In this document: positions 1 through 9,518 of the stretch, piece by piece
How the letters are laid out: each line of letters opens with the position of its first letter
How positions within the stretch are numbered: the first letter of the stretch is position 1
NCBI GenBank assembly: GCA_041651685.1
Contig: JBAZIU010000001.1
Coordinates: 308,414 to 372,413 of the forward strand
Source: Minisyncoccota bacterium
GTDB taxonomy: Bacteria; Patescibacteriota; Minisyncoccia; Minisyncoccales; Minisyncoccaceae
Reading direction: 5' to 3'
DNA: 64,000 bases
Made by a program: the position numbers and the translations under genes
Notes under the pieces: generated by a model
What the model saw: the letters and a program-made list of their open reading frames with translations, nothing else
The model's database searches: none
What the model was told of the DNA's origin: nothing

Positions 1-1484
1 TCTTCTCCCTGGACATCGGTCAATATCAAATACTTTTTGTCTTCGGTGGTTTTAGAGTCGTTCATTTCCATCATCAAGCCCATGGCGATTCCGGATACGG
101 GCTTTTTAATCGGAACACCTCCGTCCATCAAAGCCAGACAAGCGGCACAGGTCGAGGCCATTGAGGAAGATCCGTTAGAACACAAAACTTCGGAAACAAC
201 CCTGACCGTGTACGGGAACTTTTCAGCTTCGGGCAACATGCTGCGCAAAGCTTTTTCTCCGAGCATGCCGTGGCCGATTTCCCTTCTGCCCGGGCCCCTC
301 ATCATTCCCGTCTCTCCGACGCAAGAAGGAGGAAAGTTGTAGTGGTGCATGAATCTCTTTTTTCCGTCCAATTCCATTTCTTCATATATTTTTTGGTCTC
401 CCGGAGAACCCAAGGTTAAAACAGAAAGAACTCTGGTTTCGCCTCGGCAGAACAATCCGCTTCCGTGGACTCTGGGAAGCATGCCAACCTCGCAGGAAAT
501 GTCTCTCAATTGGTCGGACTTTCTTCCGTCGAATCTGACTCCTTTTTCAATCACGCTTTCGTGGATAAGCTTTTCGGTTTCCCTTTCGAAATAAGCAAAT
601 CCGTATTTTGTCTTTGTCGGATTTTCGTGTTTTTTCAGAATCTCGGCCAATTCTTCCCTGATTTTGTGCAAATCTTCTTCACTGTCTTTCTTCAACAGTT
701 TTTCGATTTTTCCTTTTAACAGTCCGTCGACTTCTTTTTCCACTTCTTCGTCTTTTTCCATTGTTGACGGCACTATTTTCTCTTTGCCCATTTCTTTGAT
801 AATCTTTTCTTCGAAGTCAAGAAGGTCTTTGTGATACTGGGCAGACATTTCAACCGCCTTCACAACTTCTTCTTCGGTTATCTCTTTCATGCCCGCTTCA
901 ATCATATTGATTAAGACTTCTTTTTTTGATTCTGATTTCAATCCGGATAACAACAAATCGAGAGAACCTTTTTCTCTTTCTTCGAATGTCGGGAAAGCAA
1001 CCATTTTATCATCTCTCATTCCGATTCTAACCGGAGCAACCGGTCCGTCCCAGGGAATGTCCGAGGTGGAAAGGACGATGGAGGCGGCAAGCAAGCCCAA
1101 GCAGGCCAAATCGCTTTTCTTGTCCCAAGACAAGCAAGTGACGATTACCTGCACTTCCCTTCTGAAGTTCTGAGGGAACAACGGTCTGACCGCTCGGTCG
1201 ATTAACCTCGAAGTTAAAATTGATTGTTCGCTGGGCCTTCCTTCTCTTTTTAGAAATCTAGAACCAAGTATTCTTCCCACGGCGTAGAAGCGTTCTTCAT
1301 AGGCAACGGTTAAAGGAAAAAAATCGATTCCCTCGATTTCATTCTTGCTCATGACCGCTGTCGCCATGAGTACTGTTTCTCCCATTTTTATAAAAATAGA
1401 ACTGTTCGCTCTTTCGGCGAGATTTTTGAATTGGACTTCCAACTCCTGACCGTCAATGTTTAATTTAAAAGATTTATTCTCCAT
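1..1484 (-). CDS. pnp: Polynucleotide phosphorylase, N-terminal ~494 codons (3' end lies beyond the window start)
   Basis: Own minus-strand translation from ATG 1484: MENKSFKLNIDGQELEVQFKNLAERANSS...RLIDRAVRPLFPQNF...GRREIGHGMLGEKAL (RNase PH-like repeats). Starts 2 nt after the rpsO stop (conserved rpsO-pnp pair). Missing from the ORF track because it is open at the edge; + strand ORFs 37-1173 are shadows. Confidence 0.9.
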   Translation of the reverse strand, partial: MENKSFKLNIDGQELEVQFKNLAERANSSIFIKMGETVLMATAVMSKNEIEGIDFFPLTVAYEERFYAVGRILGSRFLKREGRPSEQSILTSRLIDRAVRPLFPQNFRREVQVIVTCLSWDKKSDLACLGLLAASIVLSTSDIPWDGPVAPVRIGMRDDKMVAFPTFEEREKGSLDLLLSGLKSESKKEVLINMIEAGMKEITEEEVVKAVEMSAQYHKDLLDFEEKIIKEMGKEKIVPSTMEKDEEVEKEVDGLLKGKIEKLLKKDSEEDLHKIREELAEILKKHENPTKTKYGFAYFERETEKLIHESVIEKGVRFDGRKSDQLRDISCEVGMLPRVHGSGLFCRGETRVLSVLTLGSPGDQKIYEEMELDGKKRFMHHYNFPPSCVGETGMMRGPGRREIGHGMLGEKALRSMLPEAEKFPYTVRVVSEVLCSNGSSSMASTCAACLALMDGGVPIKKPVSGIAMGLMMEMNDSKTTEDKKYLILTDVQGE

Positions 1485-1486
1485 GA

Positions 1487-1753
1487 CTATGCTTTTAATC
1501 CCGATTTCTTAACGGCTTCCTTGTATCCTTTCTCATCTGTTCTTTCAAGGAATTTCAAAAGCTTTCTTCTTTTGCTGACCATTTTCAAGAGTCCCCTCTT
1601 TGAGCTGACGTCCTTTTTATGCTTTTTCAAGTGGTTTAAAAGTTTTTCTATTTCTTCACTCAATAAAGATATCTGGACTGAAGCTGAGCCGGTATCTGTT
1701 TCGTGAATTTTATTCTTGCCGATTATTTCGGTCTTTTCTGCTGTTGTTAACAT
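1487..1753 (-). CDS. rpsO: 30S ribosomal protein S15
   Basis: 88 aa, TGSASVQISLLSEEIEKLLNHLKKHKKDVSSKRGLLKMVSKRRKLLKFL is the typical S15 core; upstream of pnp. Confidence 0.95.
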   Translation of the reverse strand: MLTTAEKTEIIGKNKIHETDTGSASVQISLLSEEIEKLLNHLKKHKKDVSSKRGLLKMVSKRRKLLKFLERTDEKGYKEAVKKSGLKA

Positions 1754-1784
1754 ATGTTTGTATTATTACTGTGTATATCTCGGG

Positions 1785-1857
1785 TGCCCCGTGAGGGATT
1801 CGAACCCACGACCTTGAAGTTAAGAGCTTCCTGCTCTACCAGCTGAGCTAACGGGGC
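1785..1857 (-). tRNA. tRNA-Lys (anticodon CTT)
   Basis: Hand fold of the reverse complement: acceptor GCCCCGT/ACGGGGC, anticodon loop CTCTTAA, T-loop TTCGAAT; one mismatch each in the anticodon and T stems; no encoded CCA. Confidence 0.8.
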
Positions 1858-1866
1858 AAGCGTCAA

Positions 1867-2256
1867 TTACTGGAAAAATTTTAACGTCCATGCTTGGCCT
1901 CCCAAAAACTGGATGAAGCTTTTGACAATGGCCCAGGAGAGATAGATTATTATCAGTCCTATGCCGATGGTCATAATGGCATCTCTTCCCTGTTTGAATT
2001 TCCCCGGGTCTCCGCCTGAGGTCATCATGGTGATCGCGGCCATAACTATTCCGAAGACGGCCAAAACCGGAACAATGTACTGAAGAACATAATTAATTAC
2101 ATTGCCTAATGTCGTGAAAATATCGTTAAAGGTGCAGGCCGGCTGTCCTTCGTTGCCGCATTGGACCAGTCCTTCAGCGGCTAAAACCGAGGAAAAACCC
2201 AAAAACAAAAAAAGCAGTGAAGCAAAGATTAGTCTTTTTGTCTTTGTTCTAAGCAT
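1867..2256 (-). CDS. TrbC/VirB2-like (T4SS-pilin-like) small membrane protein
   Basis: Signal peptide, short Cys-containing ectodomain, then a two-helix hairpin AVFGIVMAAITMMTSGGDPGKFKQGRDAIMTIGIGLIIIYLSWAI, as in the three genes at 39171-40832. Confidence 0.6.
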   Translation of the reverse strand: MLRTKTKRLIFASLLFLFLGFSSVLAAEGLVQCGNEGQPACTFNDIFTTLGNVINYVLQYIVPVLAVFGIVMAAITMMTSGGDPGKFKQGRDAIMTIGIGLIIIYLSWAIVKSFIQFLGGQAWTLKFFQ

Positions 2257-2317
2257 GTTAATTGACTTTGTTATGTGTTTGGAGTATATACTGTTTTTTA
2301 GAAAAAATCAAGTTGCC

Positions 2318-2392
2318 TGGTGCCCCCGGCAAGATTCGAACTCGCACCACTGGTTCCGAAGACCAGCACTCTATCCGTTGAGCTACGGGGGC
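2318..2392 (-). tRNA. tRNA-Arg (anticodon TCG), CCA encoded
   Basis: Acceptor GCCCCCG/CGGGGGC, anticodon stem CTGGT/ACCAG with loop CTTCGGA, T arm GCGAG-TTCGAAT-CTTGC, 3' ACCA. Confidence 0.9.
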
Positions 2393-2395
2393 TCT

Positions 2396-3043
2396 CTACT
2401 TCTTCCTTATCTTCAACCGTATCGGCGGAATGGTATCCTGGTCGAAAATGAGGCGATTTTCCATCAATTCCCTGTATTCGGGATTGTTTGACAGGTCTTT
2501 AATCGGGCTCAATCTTTTGATTAAGACCGGAATTAAGGAAATCAGCATCAATAACCCGGCCATTTCATATCCCTTAAAAGAGAAGGAGAATATGATTCCG
2601 GTCAGGAACGACAAAAGGGTCCCGATTGAAGCAGTCCAGATTATAGTAAATAATAGGCAAGGAATCAAGGAGATGATTAAAACCGTGGGAGAAATAACCA
2701 AGAGTGCTCCGATCAAAGCGGCTAATCCCCTGCCTCCTTTTAATCCCAAAAAGATGGACCAGTTGTGCCCGGCCACGGCCAAGACTCCGCAAAACACTTG
2801 GAACAATTCGGAAAAACCGAAATATCTGGCCAGATAGACGGCAAGAAACCCTTTGCCGACATCAAAGATGAAAGTGAAGATGCCTTGCCACAAACCGACA
2901 TTTTTGAAAACATTGGAACCAGAATTCTTTTTCCAGCCTATTTCCATCAGATTCTTTTTGGTCGTGTATTTGGTAATCAAATATCCGAAAGGAATGGAGC
3001 CTAAAAGATAGGCAAGGATTAAAAGAAGAATGGCTTTAATCAT
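2396..3043 (-). CDS. plsY: Glycerol-3-phosphate acyltransferase PlsY (acyl-phosphate dependent)
   Basis: 215 aa polytopic protein; LLGSIPFGYL, SGSNVFKNVG, AGHNWSIFLGLKGGRGLAA match the PlsY signature blocks. Confidence 0.85.
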   Translation of the reverse strand: MIKAILLLILAYLLGSIPFGYLITKYTTKKNLMEIGWKKNSGSNVFKNVGLWQGIFTFIFDVGKGFLAVYLARYFGFSELFQVFCGVLAVAGHNWSIFLGLKGGRGLAALIGALLVISPTVLIISLIPCLLFTIIWTASIGTLLSFLTGIIFSFSFKGYEMAGLLMLISLIPVLIKRLSPIKDLSNNPEYRELMENRLIFDQDTIPPIRLKIRKK

Positions 3044-3710
3044 TTAAGTATTTCTTATTTTTTATCTTTTCAATTTGATCTAAAACTCTATCCTTGTGAG
3101 CATAGATTATCAGAATAGTTGCAAAAACAGTCGGAAAGAAAAGAGATGGAGCAAAATAATAAATCCATAAAACCGCTACAGCTTCTCCGATCAGTCTTCC
3201 AATTATTTGGTCAGAAACAGCAGCTTTGAATAGTTTGCCAGAAAACTTTCTTCCCATCAAAGCTTCAACGATGATCATAAAGAAAAGAACGATTCCTAAC
3301 CAGCCTAAGAATACTTGCCAGTTTAAGTATAATAATATTCCTAAGAATGTTGCAGCTCCCCTTCCCCCCTTAAATTTAAGAAAGATAGAATAGTTATGTC
3401 CTAAGATTACAAAGAATGTGGCAAGAGTTGTTAGTAGAACGGCGTTTCCAGGAATTAAATTGTTTGCCAAAATTACAGCTAATACACCTTTAGAAGCATC
3501 AAGAAGAAAAACGATAAGAAAGGAAATTATACCCCAGGCTTTTCCTTTTTCATGAGAAACAATTCTTAAAGTATTGAGAGCTCCGGTGTTTTTAGAACCG
3601 AAAGTTCTCATATCTTTATTCAAGAATAATTTAACATATAAAAGAGCAAAAGGAATAGAACCTAAAAGATATGAGATTACAGAAACTAGAATGTGGTTAA
3701 TGTTTAACAT
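3036..3710 (-). CDS. plsY: PlsY paralog (second G3P acyltransferase)
   Basis: 224 aa; LLGSIPFALL, SKNTGALNTLR, LGHNYSIFLKFKGGRGAAT; overlaps the downstream plsY by 8 nt. Confidence 0.8.
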   Translation of the reverse strand: MLNINHILVSVISYLLGSIPFALLYVKLFLNKDMRTFGSKNTGALNTLRIVSHEKGKAWGIISFLIVFLLDASKGVLAVILANNLIPGNAVLLTTLATFFVILGHNYSIFLKFKGGRGAATFLGILLYLNWQVFLGWLGIVLFFMIIVEALMGRKFSGKLFKAAVSDQIIGRLIGEAVAVLWIYYFAPSLFFPTVFATILIIYAHKDRVLDQIEKIKNKKYLND

Positions 3711-3723
3711 AGTTTATTTATTA

Positions 3724-4302
3724 TTATGGACAACATATGCCGTATGTCGTAATAGGCCAAGTTCCCCAAGTAAGCGCTGATCCGACATATTCATGACAAT
3801 ACCACCCCTGTGCGCCTGAAGTTATAACAGAAAGAGGTACTGATGCAGCCATATAGACATTATTGGCTTGACTAGGAACTCCATAACAACCTCCCCCAAC
3901 AATATATGTTGAAGTTGGGCATATAGCTGATGCTGTGCAATGAGTGCCTCCAGCACAACTCGAACTAGCAGTTACTTGAGTACAATTAGCAGCAGAAAAA
4001 GTTCCAGCTTTAGTTGTTTGCACTGTTCCGTCGGGAAACAAGAATCCTCCAGAGGTGGATTGCACCGTTCCTGCAACGCTTAATTTTTGCTGGGGAGAAT
4101 CTGTTCCTATTCCCACCTTATTATCCGAGGTCACGCAAAGTCCCGTAGTGCATTCCATTTCAGACCAAGAGTGTCCATTAGCCGGCTTTATTGTGGAATA
4201 GGCATCGACTATTTCTGACTTTAAAACATTAACATATTGGAATGATGTTGCCAGTATGGTTAATACCAGTATTGAGCAAATGATTGTTAGGTTTTTGTTC
4301 AT
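3724..4302 (-). CDS. Membrane-anchored Cys-rich fibre-like surface protein (shares its N-terminal module with the S74 proteins)
   Basis: N-terminal TM, then NGHSWSEMECTTGLCVTSDNKVGIGTDSPQQKLSVAGTV, paralleling NPGHLWSSMECNSDTLCVDT.NNRLGIGTASP in 20162 and 58076; then FLFPDGTVQTT (tail-fibre-like) and a 10-Cys C-terminal domain. Confidence 0.6.
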   Translation of the reverse strand: MNKNLTIICSILVLTILATSFQYVNVLKSEIVDAYSTIKPANGHSWSEMECTTGLCVTSDNKVGIGTDSPQQKLSVAGTVQSTSGGFLFPDGTVQTTKAGTFSAANCTQVTASSSCAGGTHCTASAICPTSTYIVGGGCYGVPSQANNVYMAASVPLSVITSGAQGWYCHEYVGSALTWGTWPITTYGICCP

Positions 4303-4321
4303 ATGCTTTTATTATAATACA

Positions 4322-5200
4322 TTATGCCTCAGTTGAGCAACAGATAAGGGTTCCCGGACCGACATGGCAGCCGATGGCCATACTGGTGATACTGATAAAC
4401 TCTATTTTGATTTGCGGATACTTTTCTTCAATCAATCCTCTTAATCTCTGGGCCTGTTCCAGATTATCGGCATGCGATATGCCGACTCGGCATCTCTTTC
4501 CTTCGCTCAAGGGCTTCTTGACAACCTCCTCCATTTGCTTAAATAAAGCGTTGGCGGTATCTTGAGCCTGCATTTTAAGATTGGCCGGCTTTACCACGCC
4601 GTCCTTTACCGAAAGAATCGGCCTCATTCCTATTTTTTGCATTTGAGATAAGATTACGGATAAGGCATGATTGATTCTTCCTCCGGCTTCAAGCCATTTG
4701 GGGCTTTCAATCATTCCGAAAAGGAAAGTTTTGGGAAGAAGTGCTTCCACTTCTTTTTTTATTTCTTCCAATGATTTTCCTTCTTCGCTCATTTCGGCAG
4801 CCTTGAGAGCCAAAAGACTTTCACTGGCGTCGGCATTAAAGGAATCGATAACGAGGATTCTTTTTTGTTTTTCCTCGTCAAACATTTTTTGAGCTTGTAT
4901 TGCCGAATTGTATGTTCCCGAGATGGCCGAACTGATGGTTATGCAAATTACGTTTTCAGAATTATTCAGAGCTTCTTCGAAGGCTTTCTTGAACACTCCC
5001 ACTGAAGGTTGAGATGTTTTAGGAGTTGTTTTTATCATTATTCTCTCTGCCTCCCTCATTTTTTCAAAAACATTATTGCCGGAAAGTTTTTCTCCTTCCG
5101 GCCAATCGATTACAAACGGAACAACTACCATTCCGTACTTATCAATCAGTTCTCTTGTGATTGGAGCACTTTCCCCGATGACGATTGTTGATTTTTTCAT
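4322..5200 (-). CDS. DegV family fatty-acid-binding protein (FakB-like)
   Basis: 292 aa; TSQPSVGVFKKAFEE...ICITISSAISGTYNSAIQA is the DegV core motif. Confidence 0.85.
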   Translation of the reverse strand: MKKSTIVIGESAPITRELIDKYGMVVVPFVIDWPEGEKLSGNNVFEKMREAERIMIKTTPKTSQPSVGVFKKAFEEALNNSENVICITISSAISGTYNSAIQAQKMFDEEKQKRILVIDSFNADASESLLALKAAEMSEEGKSLEEIKKEVEALLPKTFLFGMIESPKWLEAGGRINHALSVILSQMQKIGMRPILSVKDGVVKPANLKMQAQDTANALFKQMEEVVKKPLSEGKRCRVGISHADNLEQAQRLRGLIEEKYPQIKIEFISITSMAIGCHVGPGTLICCSTEA

Positions 5201-5210
5201 ATGTTTTTTA

Positions 5211-6092
5211 TTACTCTTCTAATGTTGCACACATTAACGTTCCCGGACCGACATGGGCGCCGATAAACGGCCCGGTCATGCTTATAAAGTCGACTTTGAT
5301 TTTATCTCCGAACCTGTTTAATAAAAGAGACTTCAGTTCGTTCGCTTTTTCTATGTTGTCGGCGTGGGAAATGGCAACCCGGTATTTTTTTCCTTCCTGC
5401 ATAGCTTTTTTGGTAACTTCTTCGAAGTGTTTCAAAAGGGCTTCGGCAATATCCTTGGCATTTATGCTTAAGTTGGCCGGCTTCACTTTCCCGTCTTTCA
5501 TATGCAGTATCGGACGTAATCCGATTTTCTGCATTTGGGCCAAGATAACGGCCAGAGTGTGGCTGATTCTTCCCCCGGCTTCCATCTGATTGGGGTTTTC
5601 GGTCATTCCGAAAAAGTATGTTTTATTAACATAGTTATTAATCGTTTCGACTATTTTTTGTATGTCCTCTCCCCTTTCAGATAGCTCGCAGGCCTTAATC
5701 GCCAAAAGACTTTCCGCCGCATCAATATTGTTTGAATCAATGATGTGAATCCTTTTCTGCATTTCTTCGCTGAACATTTTTCTGGTTTGAATTGCCGCAT
5801 TATATGTTCCCGATATTTTTGAACTGATGGTAATCACAATTGTGTTTTCGCTTTTCGACAGCGCTTCATCGTATGCTTTTTTAAAAGCTCCCATCGGCGG
5901 TTGAGAAGTTTTAGGAGTTGAATTGACTCCTTTCTCAACGGCTTTTCTCATTTTTTGAAAGATATTGTCCCCTTTTAATCCTTCTCCTTCCGGCCAATTA
6001 AGGCTGGGAGTCAAAGCAATTATCCCGTACTTATCAAGAATATCTTTAGTTGTTGAAGCGAAGCTGCAAACGATTACGGTTGCTTTTTGCAT
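5211..6092 (-). CDS. DegV family fatty-acid-binding protein (FakB-like)
   Basis: TSQPPMGAFKKAYDE...ITISSKISGTYNAAIQ. Start trimmed from 6158 to ATG 6092 (MQKATVIV) because the longer ORF overlaps the upstream gene by 60 nt. Confidence 0.8.
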   Translation of the reverse strand: MQKATVIVCSFASTTKDILDKYGIIALTPSLNWPEGEGLKGDNIFQKMRKAVEKGVNSTPKTSQPPMGAFKKAYDEALSKSENTIVITISSKISGTYNAAIQTRKMFSEEMQKRIHIIDSNNIDAAESLLAIKACELSERGEDIQKIVETINNYVNKTYFFGMTENPNQMEAGGRISHTLAVILAQMQKIGLRPILHMKDGKVKPANLSINAKDIAEALLKHFEEVTKKAMQEGKKYRVAISHADNIEKANELKSLLLNRFGDKIKVDFISMTGPFIGAHVGPGTLMCATLEE

Positions 6093-6097
6093 ATATT

Positions 6098-6976
6098 TTA
6101 TTGATTCCAAGAAAGAATTAATGTATCGGGTCCGATATGTCCTCCGACCGGAAAGCAAACCAGATTGATAAAAGAGATCTCGGTGTTTTTTAAGCTCAAG
6201 ACCATTTCTTTAAGTTTGTCCGCCTGTCCGATGCTATCGGCATGGGTAATGGCAACACTTACTTTTTTACCGGCATCTCTAATCTTTTTAGTCATCTTTT
6301 CAAATTCTTCAAAGAGAGCAGTGGGAAGATCCTTAACCCCTCTTTTAATGCCGATAATGGTTAGTTTGCCGTCTTTTATTCCGAAGAGCGGTTTTATATT
6401 CATTTTTTCTGCCTGATTAATTACGGTTGGCATGAATCGCGGGACTCTCCCGCTGGCTTCAACCCATTTCGGACTTTTGTACATTGCAATCAGTTTGAAA
6501 TTAGGCAACTCTTTTTTTAATCTTTCGATTACTTCTTTGATACCAAGCTTTTCTTTGATTAGGGATATTGCCTTTAAGCAAATGAGTCCTTCCGATCCGC
6601 TTCCGTGAGTTGAATCAAAAACATGGACTTTGTTTTGCAGTTCTTGAGCCAGGAATTTTTTGGCCTGCATCGCCGAATTGTATGTTCCGGAGATTTTTGA
6701 AGAAAAAGTGATGCACAAAACCTCTTCAAATTCTTTGAGTTTCTCTTTAAAAGCGGAAAGGAAATCGTTGATTGAAGGCTGGGAGGTTTTGATCAAGCTT
6801 TTCATTCCTCTTCTTTCCCCTTCCCTTACCTTTTCATAGATGTTGCCGGGAATGTTGGCCAATTCCTGAAAATCAAGCTTGAATCTGACAATTCCGACCT
6901 TATTGCTTTCTATTATTTCTTGAGGCAAGTCACAGACTTCGTCGAACACCAATCCTATTTTGTTTTGGTTTTCCAT
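6098..6976 (-). CDS. DegV family fatty-acid-binding protein (FakB-like)
   Basis: TSQPSINDFLSAFKE...CITFSSKISGTYNSAMQA; third tandem paralog. Confidence 0.85.
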   Translation of the reverse strand: MENQNKIGLVFDEVCDLPQEIIESNKVGIVRFKLDFQELANIPGNIYEKVREGERRGMKSLIKTSQPSINDFLSAFKEKLKEFEEVLCITFSSKISGTYNSAMQAKKFLAQELQNKVHVFDSTHGSGSEGLICLKAISLIKEKLGIKEVIERLKKELPNFKLIAMYKSPKWVEASGRVPRFMPTVINQAEKMNIKPLFGIKDGKLTIIGIKRGVKDLPTALFEEFEKMTKKIRDAGKKVSVAITHADSIGQADKLKEMVLSLKNTEISFINLVCFPVGGHIGPDTLILSWNQ

Positions 6977-7007
6977 ATTTTAAAAAGTTATGACTTCTTT
7001 TTTTGAA

Positions 7008-8792
7008 CTATTTGACTATCCAGCCCACCAACAAGCTTTGCGGACAGGCATTGATGCTGGTGACCGGGTCGGTAACATTGATAAAGGAGATGTCGGTCTT
7101 CCTTATCGTCTTCAGTTTTTGCTTTAATCCCTCGGCCATTTCCAGATGGTCTCCGTGACAGATAACCACTCTGATTCTCTTCCCTTCTCGGATGTCTCTT
7201 CGCGACTCTCTTTCTATTTTATTAAACAGGGCCGTGGCGAAATCATTGGTTTTAAAGCTTTCGGTGGCAACTATTTTTCCATGCCTCATTTCGCCCAAAG
7301 CATATCGAACCTCTTCCTTTTTTCTAAACCAGAAAGGAGTATTTTTTTCCTTGTTCCACCAGTCTGATTTTTCGGCGATACAATACAGGTTAGTTTTAAG
7401 AACGGTCATTTCCATTCTTTTCAATATTTCTCTGACCTTTCTTTGTTCGGTTATCATTTCCAGGGCTTCAAGGACTACGATTGATTGGCCGGCACTGACG
7501 TTTTTCGAATCAATGATAAAGACGTGTTCCCTCTCGACATAGTTGAGCATTTCCCTCCCTTTAACAGCCGCTTCGTAGTTTTGGGAAAGCTTGGAAGAAG
7601 AAACGATGCAAAGAATGTCTTCGAATTTTTCCAATTGTTTTTTGAAAGATTCCATGAAAAATTCGGGATGAATCGGCTCTATTTTCGGCTGGGAAACCAC
7701 GCCTTGTTTTTTGGCTTCTTTAATTCTCTGGCAAATATTTTCTCCGACGATATTTTCACCTTCCGGCCAGCTGATTCTCAAAGGAATCACTTCTATTCCG
7801 TAGTGGGAAATTATCTTGGCCGACAGCCCGGCTCTTTCATCGACAACGATTCCGATAGAAACATTCTCAACCGATTTTTCTCCGGTAACTTCTTTGGCCA
7901 TATCCTCGATTCTTAAGCTTTCAATCGTTCCCATTTTTTTGACAATGTCTCTCACCTCATACGGGTCGTCGGTATGGATATGGATTTTAGTCCTATCCCC
8001 CACTTGGATGACATCAAGGCAGTTGCCCAGGTAGTGCAATTTTTCTTTGATTTGTTTTTCCGAATAATCTCCGTCTTCAAGCAAGGCCACTACTTCATAT
8101 CTGTTGGAAAGAATCTGAACGAATCTTCTCGGCCTGTTCATTTCTTCCTTTTCGTATGACTTAATGGTGAACGGCTCGGACTGTTCTTTCAGTGTATCCA
8201 GATATGTTTCCAATATCATTAAAAAGCCCAATCCTCCGGCATCGACTACCCCCGCTTTTTTCAGCACTTCCATTTTGTTGGGGGTATCCAATAACGCAGC
8301 ATTGGCTTTTTCTAAGGCGTGATAGAAGATTTTGACAATGTCTTTTTCTTCGTCCGATTTTTCTTGTATTCCCAAGGCGAAAGCTTGAATGACATCGAGC
8401 ATGGTTCCCTCTTTGGGGTTTTGGATAGAATCTTTGGCTCTTTCATATCCTTTGTTAAAAGCTTCGCCCAGCTTCTTTGCGTCAACCGTCGATTCTTTGC
8501 TGATAACGGGAAGGAAGCCGGCCAAAAATCCCGTATAGATTATGCCGGTATTGCCTTGGGCGAAAGTCAGAGCTCCGTCCAAAGCATCGTTGCCCAGTTC
8601 TTCAATTGAAGAATATTCTTTGTTTTCAACCGCGTCTTTAATTCCCTTAAGTGTTGCGGCCAAGTTGTTTCCCGTGTCCTGGTCAGGTACCGGAAAAACA
8701 TTGATTTTGTTTACCTGCTCTTTATCTCTCTCGATTCTTTCGTAGGAGAAAAGCAGCATTTTCTGTAATTCTTTTTGCGATAGTTGGTCCAT
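7008..8792 (-). CDS. Dak2 (DhaL-like) domain fused to a DegV-like C-terminal domain; FakA/YloV-like fatty acid kinase candidate
   Basis: 594 aa; N-terminal FPVPDQDTGNNLAATLKGI (Dak2 phosphate-binding motif); C-terminal ~270 aa resembles the neighbouring DegV genes (VSQPKIEPIHPEFFMESF...CIVSSSKLSQNYEAA). Confidence 0.7.
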   Translation of the reverse strand: MDQLSQKELQKMLLFSYERIERDKEQVNKINVFPVPDQDTGNNLAATLKGIKDAVENKEYSSIEELGNDALDGALTFAQGNTGIIYTGFLAGFLPVISKESTVDAKKLGEAFNKGYERAKDSIQNPKEGTMLDVIQAFALGIQEKSDEEKDIVKIFYHALEKANAALLDTPNKMEVLKKAGVVDAGGLGFLMILETYLDTLKEQSEPFTIKSYEKEEMNRPRRFVQILSNRYEVVALLEDGDYSEKQIKEKLHYLGNCLDVIQVGDRTKIHIHTDDPYEVRDIVKKMGTIESLRIEDMAKEVTGEKSVENVSIGIVVDERAGLSAKIISHYGIEVIPLRISWPEGENIVGENICQRIKEAKKQGVVSQPKIEPIHPEFFMESFKKQLEKFEDILCIVSSSKLSQNYEAAVKGREMLNYVEREHVFIIDSKNVSAGQSIVVLEALEMITEQRKVREILKRMEMTVLKTNLYCIAEKSDWWNKEKNTPFWFRKKEEVRYALGEMRHGKIVATESFKTNDFATALFNKIERESRRDIREGKRIRVVICHGDHLEMAEGLKQKLKTIRKTDISFINVTDPVTSINACPQSLLVGWIVK

Positions 8793-8828
8793 ATTAAAAA
8801 CAATCTACTGATAATGGTAAATTCTTTC

Positions 8829-9479
8829 TTATTTCACTCTCCTTTCCACGTCTTCTAGTATCTTTTTGGCCAGGTCTTTTCCGCCCAAACCGAAAGAGAT
8901 TCCCAAGGTGATGACTATTATTGCAACAAATCCGATAAAGATGGTTAAAATCAATGTCTGGACAATCTGCAATTGGTAAAGAATGGCCAAGATTGCCAAA
9001 ATCCAGGCGCCCGAAGAGATGATGTCGCCCAAGAAATTGGAATAGACCATTTTTTCTTTATCCAAGCTGCCGACAATGATTTTCTTGCTGAAGTCGGCAA
9101 TAAAAACGGTAAAAATGAAGATAACGATTGAAATGAAGATATTGGGATAGTACCCGATTATGTCCCCCACCAATCCGCTGATGGTTTTTAAGTTCAAGAC
9201 ATCGAGGGAGATGACCAAGAAAAGCAGGAAGAAATAGACTTCAACGATGATTCCGAAGAATTTGGGAACGTTCAATTTGGCATCAAATCTGTCAAAGAAA
9301 CTTTCCCAGCCCAAGGCCTTGAGCATCTGGTTTAGTCTCAGTCTGTTTAAAAAATTGATAACAACCGCCCTGATTCTTCCGGCAATAATCCAACCGAAGA
9401 AAAGAATGATCAGAGCCCAAAAAAGATCGGGAACGCGGACCAATATCTCTTGATAAAACGCTTCAAAAATGTTTTGCAT
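8829..9479 (-). CDS. Polytopic membrane protein (conserved-TM-helix repeat type, MscS-N-terminal-like)
   Basis: 216 aa, 4-5 predicted TM helices, repeated helix-loop pattern; family assignment is weak. Confidence 0.4.
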   Translation of the reverse strand: MQNIFEAFYQEILVRVPDLFWALIILFFGWIIAGRIRAVVINFLNRLRLNQMLKALGWESFFDRFDAKLNVPKFFGIIVEVYFFLLFLVISLDVLNLKTISGLVGDIIGYYPNIFISIVIFIFTVFIADFSKKIIVGSLDKEKMVYSNFLGDIISSGAWILAILAILYQLQIVQTLILTIFIGFVAIIVITLGISFGLGGKDLAKKILEDVERRVK

Positions 9480-9518
9480 AGTTATTATTGGTTATTTTTA
9501 AACCTTTTTAATCTTATA

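Noticed and set aside
37-1173. Four + strand ORFs (81-101 aa) at the left edge
   Set aside because: They are antisense shadows of the edge-truncated pnp gene, which translates cleanly on the minus strand across the whole region.
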